Virus record (IMG/VR): IMGVR_UViG_3300045988_033140
Span: 41,447 to 105,446 of that record
DNA length: 64,000 bases
Origin: a virus
Strand: one strand, 5' to 3'
Shown here: positions 49,501-57,742 of the stretch, piece by piece
Layout of the letters: each line of letters opens with the position of its first letter
Position numbering within the stretch: position 1 is the stretch's first letter
Translations under genes and position numbers: made by a program
Notes under the pieces: model-generated
Databases searched by the model: none
The model's input: the letters and a program-made list of their open reading frames with translations, nothing else
What the model was told of the DNA's origin: nothing

Positions 49501-51221
49501 TAGAAACCCTCCTTATACAACCGTGCACGGATATCGTGCAAAGTGTCCTCTTTAATCATGTTGCCATCACGGAATACAGGTTGAAGCAGATTATCTTCAC
49601 CAAGATGTTCTGCCCAAGTTAGTTCATCTTCATAACTCTGACCATCAAGAGCTACTCGACAGCAGCCTTTTTGAGATTTCTTCCAGCTAAGAGCCTTGGG
49701 TTGCTTGTAAATCATAATAGGCTTACCATTTGCATCTTCCGCGTAAGTTGCCTTAACAGCAATACCAAAGGTATCACGAGTGTAAGGATTGAAGCTGCCA
49801 TCTTCCTCAAGACACATAAAGGAGAAAGAGCCAACACCAAGAGAAACATTGTTAATAGCAAATCCATTATTCTCAAGGCGTTGATAAATACGAGCGCAAC
49901 GCTGAGGAGTAATACTGTCACCATAGATAGCTTTAATGTGAGGATCAAGGACCCTATAACCCTTGCTATTGATGGTTCCACCGAAAATATCCCACAGACA
50001 CCAGACAGTTCCCTTATCCTCAGAAGTAAGCTCATAGTTTTCAGTCAGCTTAACATCATAGCCTTCAATGTACCAATATTTGCAATCAGTCCAAGCGCCG
50101 CGCTCATTAGTCCATTCGACTGTAATGTCAGCGAGAGCATATTCTCCATTGTAAGAGAAAATCTGCTGAGTATCCTTATCCAAGTCCCGCTCAAAGAACT
50201 CAGCAATGAACTCACTTGGATCATCTTTTAGGTTCTCCCACTCCTGCTCGTCGAGATAGATGATTTCCTTACCTGCGATAATCTCAACAGGGTCGCCGCT
50301 ATCACCACGGATAGAAAGACAACCATCATGTGCCATGATTTCATCTTTCAAGTGCGGGAGAATTTTCTCTACGAGATTCCAATAGTCGTAACTATCAGAC
50401 ACCATAGAAAAATTGTGGTGAGGATAAATCTCTGTCAGAAGTCTGCGGATGTGAGTAATCTCGTCTCCATCAACCGCGTAGTTAGAGCACATGACACTAT
50501 GCTCGGTAGAGATTGCGCCATAAGCAACAGATTCCTTAGTGCAGTCGCAGTTATAGTTCTTCTCAAGCCACATAATTGCGGGAACAGTCGCGGTGTTCAG
50601 GAAAGATAGACACCAACCCGCAGAACTCTTAATTGCGGATTCCGCGGATTGCTGACCGCGCATAGAGAAATCACCAAGCAGTCGAGCTACAGGAACATTG
50701 TCGTCGCAACTCATGTCACGGTATTTCTGCACAATCTGGCGATACCGATAGCCAACTTCCGCGGATACCTGCGTATGCCACATGGTGGCAGACAGAAGGG
50801 TCTCAATAGTATTCACCAACCAAACGAAGTTGGGGTGAGTGTTGGTAATCTCGATCTGCGGGACGCCGATCGCGGTTCTGGTGCCTTCAGGGACAGCAGA
50901 GATTTCCAGAGGAAGATAGCCCAGTCGATGCAAATCTCTAATTTTCTCAGACTGAAATGCACCTGGACCGAGAGTAGCGTTGAGAACTCGCTCGTACTCT
51001 GCGACAACTTCCTCTTCTGGACGATTAAAGAAGTTATCGTTAAAACCCTCAATGAGATACTCCTTAATAAATGCCTGTAGACCGAACAAAGTTACCTTGT
51101 CTACATCCTTAAGGCGGCTCATACGAGGAGTGTAGTAGCTAACCATCTTAGTTAGTCCAACGGGATACTGTTCATGATGGGTACTCTTATAAAAGTCAAT
51201 CATCAAAAGAGGATTAAACAT
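49500..51221 (-). CDS. nadV: Nicotinamide phosphoribosyltransferase (NadV/NAMPT)
   Basis: N-terminal MIDFYKSTHHEQYP signature. 573 aa. Confidence 0.85.
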   Translation of the reverse strand: MFNPLLMIDFYKSTHHEQYPVGLTKMVSYYTPRMSRLKDVDKVTLFGLQAFIKEYLIEGFNDNFFNRPEEEVVAEYERVLNATLGPGAFQSEKIRDLHRLGYLPLEISAVPEGTRTAIGVPQIEITNTHPNFVWLVNTIETLLSATMWHTQVSAEVGYRYRQIVQKYRDMSCDDNVPVARLLGDFSMRGQQSAESAIKSSAGWCLSFLNTATVPAIMWLEKNYNCDCTKESVAYGAISTEHSVMCSNYAVDGDEITHIRRLLTEIYPHHNFSMVSDSYDYWNLVEKILPHLKDEIMAHDGCLSIRGDSGDPVEIIAGKEIIYLDEQEWENLKDDPSEFIAEFFERDLDKDTQQIFSYNGEYALADITVEWTNERGAWTDCKYWYIEGYDVKLTENYELTSEDKGTVWCLWDIFGGTINSKGYRVLDPHIKAIYGDSITPQRCARIYQRLENNGFAINNVSLGVGSFSFMCLEEDGSFNPYTRDTFGIAVKATYAEDANGKPIMIYKQPKALSWKKSQKGCCRVALDGQSYEDELTWAEHLGEDNLLQPVFRDGNMIKEDTLHDIRARLYKEGF

Positions 51222-51238
51222 TGTATCAATTCCTTTCC

Positions 51239-52084
51239 TTAAATGATTTCTTGTAGTTTGTAGACAGTAATGTCATCACTAAAGAGGATATCATGTCCTA
51301 GCGAATCAGTTGTATAAACGTGTTTAATCAAACCACTTTCGAGTAACTCACCCTTGAAAATAGAATCTTCGCAGTGAGTGATGAAGAGGTAAATATCTGC
51401 GGCGCCCGCATCTTTCAGAGCCTGCGCTGAATGGTAGAATGTACCGCCCTTAGAACAAATATCATCAACAATGAGGATATTCTTGTCTTTTACAATCTCT
51501 CTATTGATAATATCCACACCGAGAATTTTGCCAGTTTCCCAATTTCTGCGCTTCATGCCGAAACTATAAGGGCGCTGACAATTCTCAGAATATCTCTTCA
51601 TAGCCCCTTCGTCGGGATAATACATGACAAGATTATCGTTTCCGATATCGAGTAAAGTGCGTTCAACGAACATAGTATTCGGACGATTTTCCACTCTATC
51701 AATTAGCGCAGGTGTTACATTACTATGAGCATCATAGATAACTACCTTGGTGAAATCAAGAGAGTTGATAATATCTGCAAAACTCTTGAGAGTGAATACA
51801 TCGGTTGCGTCCTTAACTCTATCCATGCGGGCGTGCGGACAGTAGGGCATATAAAGTGTGACATTTTTACAATCAGCATAGTGCTTCCGCAGGCAAATTA
51901 GCGAGAACAATTCTGCATCGTTGTTATACTTCCAGTAGATATCGACATTATAGGTCTTAAATAAGGAATCTTTAGGAGCAGTCATGTGCAGCGTTCCATC
52001 TGGAAAATGATCTTGACTAACTGGTATCCAAGTTTTATCCTCAAAACTCCAAGCTTTGTCTATTCTAGAGCGAACAAATAGCAT
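51239..52084 (-). CDS. prs: Ribose-phosphate pyrophosphokinase (PRPP synthetase)-like
   Basis: PRPP-binding loop VDDICSKGGT and PYCPHARMDR. Confidence 0.7.
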   Translation of the reverse strand: MLFVRSRIDKAWSFEDKTWIPVSQDHFPDGTLHMTAPKDSLFKTYNVDIYWKYNNDAELFSLICLRKHYADCKNVTLYMPYCPHARMDRVKDATDVFTLKSFADIINSLDFTKVVIYDAHSNVTPALIDRVENRPNTMFVERTLLDIGNDNLVMYYPDEGAMKRYSENCQRPYSFGMKRRNWETGKILGVDIINREIVKDKNILIVDDICSKGGTFYHSAQALKDAGAADIYLFITHCEDSIFKGELLESGLIKHVYTTDSLGHDILFSDDITVYKLQEII

Positions 52085-52095
52085 ATTAAGCCTCC

Positions 52096-52644
52096 TTAAA
52101 CAATTTCAATCTGGCAAGATTCCATAACTTTAAGAGCTGCTTCATGTGCTGCAACACTCGTACCAGCGCACCAGTCTTTGTGACACTTGATCTTCTGATT
52201 AGGACGAAAAGCCCGCATGATAAGAGCATTGGACACCACACAAATGTCGGTGCATACGCCGCAAATTTCAATGGTAGTATCTTCATCTACTGACATATTT
52301 ACAGACATACTTCCCCAAATGAAAGTGCCAAAGGTATCCTTATCGACGATGTAGAGATTCTTCACCTTGGAAACTCCATTAACGAGTTCAGGAATAATCT
52401 CCCATCCTTCAGTATCCTTGATACAATGCGGGACCGGTAGGAACTTTCCTTCCAATGTATCCAGATAATCTGGGCCATGGGTATCACGGGTGAAAATTAC
52501 CGTGTCATATTCATTGATGTGCGCAGCAATATTCTTCGCAGCCACTTGCGCGGCTTCAGAGCCAAGAGACCCTGTTACGAAATCGTTCTGCATATCAATT
52601 ACAATTAGAATTTTCTGCATAATATAGAAAACTCCTTTCCTCAT
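52096..52644 (-). CDS. Isochorismatase-family hydrolase, probable nicotinamidase (PncA-like)
   Basis: ILIVIDMQNDF and a catalytic Cys (CGVCTDIC). Confidence 0.6.
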   Translation of the reverse strand: MRKGVFYIMQKILIVIDMQNDFVTGSLGSEAAQVAAKNIAAHINEYDTVIFTRDTHGPDYLDTLEGKFLPVPHCIKDTEGWEIIPELVNGVSKVKNLYIVDKDTFGTFIWGSMSVNMSVDEDTTIEICGVCTDICVVSNALIMRAFRPNQKIKCHKDWCAGTSVAAHEAALKVMESCQIEIV

Positions 52645-52655
52645 TCTTTATATAT

Positions 52656-52684
52656 ATTATAAAATATATTATTATAAAAATAAA
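52656..52684 (-). promoter_or_regulatory. Sigma70-like promoter (TTTATT-17-TATAAT) fused to the terminator hairpin at 52683..52715
   Basis: Seen on the minus strand. Confidence 0.45.
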
Positions 52685-52719
52685 GAGACTCTTATCAGCT
52701 AGATAAGAGTCTCTTGTAT

Positions 52720-53106
52720 TTAGTTTTCTAGTCCAATAGGAACGACATCCATAACACTATCGGGATACAAACTCCATCCGCCCCAAGCTTTCTTACTACC
52801 TTGAATTTCAGCTAGCTTTTGATTAGCGTCGATCATATCTGCTACATAGATAAGCGTATCGTCGTTAAACTGGTGTGACTGTGACATTTGCGTAATAATT
52901 GTTCGTTGAGTTTCAAAGGAAGCCAAAAAGCTTCTATACTCGCAGGTAGTTAAAAGCATTGCCAATGCAATAATAACTGCTACTATTCCAGTAAGCAGTG
53001 TACTTACAAGATAGAGTGTGCTATCCCAACAACTCTTATTGAGTGCCTTCAATGAAACACCAAAGACGATGATACAAATAAAAAGAATAATACCCCAGTA
53101 AAGCAT
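52720..53106 (-). CDS. Small membrane protein (128 aa, 2 TM)
   Basis: ATG 8 nt after AAGGAG. Confidence 0.4.
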   Translation of the reverse strand: MLYWGIILFICIIVFGVSLKALNKSCWDSTLYLVSTLLTGIVAVIIALAMLLTTCEYRSFLASFETQRTIITQMSQSHQFNDDTLIYVADMIDANQKLAEIQGSKKAWGGWSLYPDSVMDVVPIGLEN

Positions 53107-53118
53107 AATCTATACTCC

Positions 53119-53274
53119 TTAATCTTCAAAATGATTGGCAAGGTGTAAAAACATAAAAGAAAAATTTCCTGCAATAAAACCAGTAATATAAATAGCAGAA
53201 GGAGGGACTATTGTTGCTAGCATAGAGCCAACAACAATAGTAATCAGCCACAGACCGTAGAAGATAATTCTCAT
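53119..53274 (-). CDS. Tiny membrane protein (51 aa)
   Basis: Its ATG overlaps the RNA ligase TGA (ATGA). One long hydrophobic stretch. The track ORF 53126..53509 in this region is considered spurious. Confidence 0.3.
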   Translation of the reverse strand: MRIIFYGLWLITIVVGSMLATIVPPSAIYITGFIAGNFSFMFLHLANHFED

Positions 53275-54539
53275 ACTTCGTCCTGTGCCTCCTCCATATC
53301 GGGAGTAGTCTCAGTCTCTTTGATAATACCCTCAAGTACCTTGAACTCGTAAGTCTTAGACTTGAAAGCAGTGAAGGTGCGGCGGTTAACGATACGAACC
53401 ACAACGCCCTCTTTAACATGAGTTTTGCCGATAGGATCGGCCAAGTCCTCGAAATACTTGTTAATGCGGTCCTGCAAGTCCTCGGCAGTAGTGAACTTGA
53501 AGTTCTCAATCACCGGGACACGATTAAAGCCATGCTTCTCACACCAAGCAGTAATCTCGTCAGGAGTCCACTCGCGCTGACCATTCTCGGAAGTAATGCG
53601 ATAAATCCACATATGAGACTCACCGGGCTTGCAGCCGTAGGAGAAGATAGACTTCTTACCGAACAACTTTTGGAAAGCCTTATCTTTTAGCTTGGAGTTA
53701 TCGCCGATAGGCATGATGGTATCGTTCTCAGAGGGACCGTAGTACCCCACTACCTCGTAAAAGACCTCCATACCAGGATCAAGATGGGGTTTCAATGCCT
53801 CATGGTGAGACATACGAAATAGATCATTGCCGTAGTAGCCCTGAGAGTTCTCAGTTACAACGCAACGGCGCGTACCGAGAACATAAGCCTGCTTCAGACG
53901 CTTCTTCATATGGAATAGACGACGGAAGAAGCCATTAGGTAGCTCAGCAAAGGTGTTCATGGATCGCTGAGAAGTGCCATGCATCTTAAGAGTCATATTC
54001 AGCTCATCGCCGGGACGGAACTTATCCAGATTGTATGCAAGCTGCTCGGTGTCAGTGTGCATTGCAAACTCAGGATAGGTAATACCCTCTGCCTTACGAC
54101 CCTTGTAGGAAGTCTTAGGAGTGGTGCTCGGAGTCTTACGCTTAGGGATATACTTACGGCAGAACTCCTTGCCATTGATAGTATTTACCTTATTTCCGTT
54201 CTTCCAATGCTGATTGCCAAAAACCTCATAGACACGCTCAAGAGAGATGACGATGCCAGAACTCTCGTTGCCACGAAGCTTGATAGCCCGCACGTGAGAG
54301 CTATTTTCCAAGTATCCGCCTTGAGGAGTGCCATCAAGATTCTTCCGATATAGGGTGAAAGCGTCACCGAACCATCTCTCGATCTCTCCGTCCGTAGGAA
54401 GATAAAGCACTAACTCATTCTCCTTCATATTGGGTCCAACAATAACACCTTCATTAAAACAATCTGCCAACCACAGATTATCAGAATTAGGATCTTTATG
54501 GAGATTATTCAGTTTTGTCACTAGAGCGTAATAAGCCAT
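53271..54539 (-). CDS. ATP-dependent RNA ligase (Rnl2/Rnl5-like nucleotidyltransferase with KxHG motif)
   Basis: Motif I LKMHGTS matches T4 Rnl2 (KIHGTN). N-terminal OB-like domain. 422 aa. GC-richer than surroundings. Its 5' end overlaps the upstream homing-endonuclease gene by ~38 nt, so the true start may be internal. Confidence 0.55.
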   Translation of the reverse strand: MAYYALVTKLNNLHKDPNSDNLWLADCFNEGVIVGPNMKENELVLYLPTDGEIERWFGDAFTLYRKNLDGTPQGGYLENSSHVRAIKLRGNESSGIVISLERVYEVFGNQHWKNGNKVNTINGKEFCRKYIPKRKTPSTTPKTSYKGRKAEGITYPEFAMHTDTEQLAYNLDKFRPGDELNMTLKMHGTSQRSMNTFAELPNGFFRRLFHMKKRLKQAYVLGTRRCVVTENSQGYYGNDLFRMSHHEALKPHLDPGMEVFYEVVGYYGPSENDTIMPIGDNSKLKDKAFQKLFGKKSIFSYGCKPGESHMWIYRITSENGQREWTPDEITAWCEKHGFNRVPVIENFKFTTAEDLQDRINKYFEDLADPIGKTHVKEGVVVRIVNRRTFTAFKSKTYEFKVLEGIIKETETTPDMEEAQDEV

Positions 54540-55254
54540 TTAATTCCTGTTCCTCCTCTTTACTAATTCGTTTATAGATAAAACCTTTATATGTATTTCT
54601 CTATCCATTTAATACTCGATAAATTGCTTTATCGGTCTTTGCTTCTGGGCAAAATTCTCGATACGCCGAAATTGCAGTAGGAAAAATAGCTAATAATTGA
54701 CCATCTTTATCATACTTGGCAATCGGCTATCTTCTTGCTTCCAGTGCCTTTTTCTTTGCATCTTCTCGATGACCATCTTGATAAGCTTGCTTTAATTTTT
54801 CACTTCGCTCTTCTTTTAAGGAAGGATTGTCGATAAACTTCTATTTTAGAGAGTTGCTAATCTTTTCATTTCTTTCGTGACTATAAGTCCGATTTTTAGC
54901 AGCTAAAGTCATATGTCGTCGATATTCTGGATCCTCCCATAGCAACTTAACAGATTCGCCTATCTATTTTCTAACTTCTTCCGTTTGATAATTTCCGCCC
55001 GGAGAGACATTGTAACCAAAATCTGTATCTAAAAGATTTAATTCTTTGATTGTGTCTATCTCTTTTTGTTGAATTAAATCTTCATTATCAGACTCTAATA
55101 TCACTTCTTTAGTTACATTTTCCCAGCCATATTTTTCTATAGCATATCCGACGCGCTATCCTTTATATCTTCCTGATGCTCGCTGTTCGATAGAATTTTT
55201 AGTAATTCCGCAGTATTTTTTCCCATTTGGGAAAGTGTATAAATAACAGATCAT
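54502..55254 (-). CDS. Free-standing GIY-YIG homing endonuclease (I-TevI-like with NUMOD-like region), 250 aa, about 7 in-frame TAG
   Basis: ATG 8 nt after AGGAGG. The N-terminus reads MICYLYTFPNGKKYCGITKNSIEQRASGRYKG[Q]RVGYAIEKYGWENV. It is followed by NUMOD-like KNRTYSHERNEKISNSLK[Q]K. The frame is open only if TAG is sense. No listed track ORF corresponds to this frame. Confidence 0.65.
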
Positions 55255-55312
55255 CTAAATAACCTCCTAAATCTTTCTACTTATATTAAAAGTCATTAGG
55301 AGGTTATTTAGA
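55255..55312 (-). promoter_or_regulatory. RBS-sequestering stem-loop (16-bp perfect inverted repeat CTAAATAACCTCCTAA/TTAGGAGGTTATTTAG) immediately 5' of the homing-endonuclease ATG
   Basis: The 3' arm contains the AGGAGG of the endonuclease gene. The hairpin also sits 20 nt past the upstream gene stop, so it may double as a terminator. Confidence 0.45.
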
Positions 55313-55337
55313 AGTTTTGTCCAATTGCTACTTCATT

Positions 55338-55628
55338 TTATTCCTCTTCATTCACATCGTAGCCTTGACTAATCATGACTGCTACAGCCTTATAAACCAT
55401 GCGTCCAAGGCTCTTAGACTTGCCCTTCCGCGCAAGTCCCATTTCAATCAGATTGCCGATAAGTCTTGCCATTTTCTGAGAAGTCAACGGCTGAAGAATC
55501 ATATCTTGGCTTTTGATTTCATCAATCGTCATGGCTTCCTCGGACTCATTCAAGATGCTAAGAATACGCATCTTGTATTCTCCCTCTTTTTCGGGAGAAG
55601 GGCGATGAACTCTTACTCTTCCAGGCAT
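55338..55628 (-). CDS. Hypothetical protein (96 aa)
   Basis: Intact ORF. Confidence 0.4.
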   Translation of the reverse strand: MPGRVRVHRPSPEKEGEYKMRILSILNESEEAMTIDEIKSQDMILQPLTSQKMARLIGNLIEMGLARKGKSKSLGRMVYKAVAVMISQGYDVNEEE

Positions 55629-55847
55629 TTACTTAACCCCCTTGTAGGAAATGACCTCAAGATTTTCAATCTTTGTGGAAATAGATGTCTTACCAGTATA
55701 GACTACTGCAATCTTGGTGTTTCTATCAACGCAGATGACTTTACCAGTGCGACCGTCTCTCACTCTTACGATAGTTCCATCACAAACATAGGGCATCATA
55801 TAGCTATCTCCTCTCTTGTTACATCGTAATGTCGATACCTTTTTCAT
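55629..55847 (-). CDS. Hypothetical protein (72 aa)
   Basis: Intact ORF. Confidence 0.4.
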   Translation of the reverse strand: MKKVSTLRCNKRGDSYMMPYVCDGTIVRVRDGRTGKVICVDRNTKIAVVYTGKTSISTKIENLEVISYKGVK

Positions 55848-56223
55848 GCAGGATATTGATACACTCCTGCAAATAAGCGTCGTCGTGTTCAGGGTAAATC
55901 ATATTACCCTGCTTAGCAGATTCATAAATCTCTTCATACTTAGAATCAGAAATCCATGTATCCTCACCTAATGTACTTCCTCGCCAGTTAGGATTCTTCC
56001 AAATCTTATCTGGATGATAGCCACGCTTCTCCATCTCGTCCATAATCAGATAATGATAAGCGACAAGTAGAGCAGGGTCATGTGTAAAAGCGTAGTCTAC
56101 AGTTGCGTGTTTCTTGCCCCAGCCTTTTCCTCTCAAAGCCGCACATTCTCGATGCTGACCCAAGAGGCGCTGACGGTCAAGATAGGGAATAAGTTTTTGA
56201 TGCCAGATACGAATGGTTATCAC
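55819..56223 (-). CDS. Hypothetical protein, possibly pyrimidine-dimer DNA glycosylase (T4 endonuclease V-like)
   Basis: Loose similarity of WHQKLIPYLDRQRLLGQHRECAALRGKGWGKKH to the DenV N-terminal helix. Weak call. Confidence 0.3.
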   Translation of the reverse strand: MITIRIWHQKLIPYLDRQRLLGQHRECAALRGKGWGKKHATVDYAFTHDPALLVAYHYLIMDEMEKRGYHPDKIWKNPNWRGSTLGEDTWISDSKYEEIYESAKQGNMIYPEHDDAYLQECINILHEKGIDITM

Positions 56224-56250
56224 TTCTTTCTTCCTTAACTTTCTATATAT

Positions 56251-56280
56251 ATTATAATATATTTTATGATATTTTTCAAA
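56251..56280 (-). promoter_or_regulatory. Sigma70-like promoter (TTGAAA-18-TATAAT)
   Basis: Seen on the minus strand upstream of 56223. Confidence 0.4.
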
Positions 56281-56369
56281 TAGATATTTATTTTGGCCAA
56301 AAGTTGATATACACTCATTATCATTTTTTAGATAACAATAGAGAAAATAATGAAAGGGGCAGATTGTCT

Positions 56370-56633
56370 ATGTATTCTCAGATGATGAGCGGAGAAAAAG
56401 TAACTCCCTATTTAGTGCGTCTAGTAGCTGATACTGAAGACGAGATTGCCACCCTTCCTACCCACTATGCCCCTGGCAGCACTTGCGAGGTTGTCGCAAC
56501 TTCTACAGTTTATAGATTGAACAACCAGGGTCAATGGATTAAACAAAAGTCAAGTGGTGGCGGAGGCGGTGGGACAGTTGTCGTTGAAGGCAGCTTAGCC
56601 GATATTGCAGACATTGATAAATTATTTGGTTAA
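56370..56633 (+). CDS. Hypothetical protein (87 aa) with Gly6 linker
   Basis: ATG 9 nt after GAAAGGGG. It lies inside the larger alternative-start ORF in the track. Confidence 0.4.
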   Translation: MYSQMMSGEKVTPYLVRLVADTEDEIATLPTHYAPGSTCEVVATSTVYRLNNQGQWIKQKSSGGGGGGTVVVEGSLADIADIDKLFG

Positions 56634-56646
56634 GGAGTGAGTCCTA

Positions 56647-56904
56647 ATGGCAGTCGCATTAGAAAACCTTATTGACCTTAACCTTTTATCTCACTATGAT
56701 ACAAAACTCAAAGAATGGGTTAAGGAACAGATTAAAAAAGGTGGAAGCATTGAAGTAACACAGCGTTCTGAGCTTCCTGAGGTAGGCGAAGAAGGCAAAA
56801 TCTACTTTGTAGAAGATGCCATCTTGCAATATACCGCAGCAAATGGCTATCAAAAGATCGGTGGAACTGGAAGTCCGCAGAAAATTGAGTGGCATGACTT
56901 TTAA
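56647..56904 (+). CDS. Hypothetical protein (85 aa)
   Basis: AAGGAG RBS. Plus-strand islet inside a minus-strand block. Confidence 0.45.
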   Translation: MAVALENLIDLNLLSHYDTKLKEWVKEQIKKGGSIEVTQRSELPEVGEEGKIYFVEDAILQYTAANGYQKIGGTGSPQKIEWHDF

Positions 56905-56908
56905 TTAA

Positions 56909-56947
56909 AAAGGGTCGAAGTATTTAATACTTCGACCCTTTATTTTT
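56909..56947. terminator. Strong bidirectional terminator (AAAGGGTCGAAGTATT-taa-TACTTCGACCCTTT + T8)
   Basis: 14-bp stem between the convergent genes ending at 56904 (+) and 56948 (-). Confidence 0.75.
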
Positions 56948-57742
56948 TTATCTACCCATATAATAGTTTGGATCCTTCTTCAACCACCAGTCGATGTTCT
57001 CAGGGTCTTGCCAACGCTCCCAAATTGTATCAAGAGATTCAATGTCATGGAAATACATTTCTGCGCCAGGTCGGATTAACCGATCGTCATGGTAGTGGCC
57101 GCAGAGCCATACTTCCCAATCAACTTTACTTTTGATATCTTCAAGCCAAAGTTCCATACTCTTATCTACTTTTGATTGGTCAAGACCAGAGAGAAACAAA
57201 TCTCTTGGCTCCCAAGAAATGGGACAAGTATGGGTTAGGACAAAATCGTAACGCTTGCCCTCAACCCATGCGCCAATTTCATCCATTTCTTTTTTGGTTA
57301 GCTGTTCGTCCTTGAACCAACCAGTCCAGCTATCTGTATCTTCTGGACGGCCTCCAAGTCGATACCACTTATCTACGGAATATGCCCCGCCGATAACAAG
57401 GACAGAGTAGTCATGAATGTTGTAGCTCTCTCCATCAAAAAGGTATCTGATATTCGGAAATTCTGGCTCATAATAGACGCCGCCATCGACGTCTTCGTCA
57501 TACATTTGCTCCATGGAAAGGTTTTCTGGACGCTCTTCATGGTTTCCGCGAACCGCGTAAATGCGGAAGCCTGTATTATTAACATTCCTTTTATTCTTGC
57601 GGTCTGTCTTATTCAGATAGAAATTAAGCCCCATATCGCCAAGAATAATCAATGCAGTTTCATCAGGAGGATATCCAATATGACTAAGTCTTTCAAGGAC
57701 TTGACCATGAGTATCTCCTGTAACAAGCCAGTTTTTAATCAC
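56948..57742 (-). CDS. Calcineurin-like metallophosphoesterase
   Basis: GDTHG, GDMGLN and GNHEE motifs. Confidence 0.65.
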   Translation of the reverse strand: MIKNWLVTGDTHGQVLERLSHIGYPPDETALIILGDMGLNFYLNKTDRKNKRNVNNTGFRIYAVRGNHEERPENLSMEQMYDEDVDGGVYYEPEFPNIRYLFDGESYNIHDYSVLVIGGAYSVDKWYRLGGRPEDTDSWTGWFKDEQLTKKEMDEIGAWVEGKRYDFVLTHTCPISWEPRDLFLSGLDQSKVDKSMELWLEDIKSKVDWEVWLCGHYHDDRLIRPGAEMYFHDIESLDTIWERWQDPENIDWWLKKDPNYYMGR

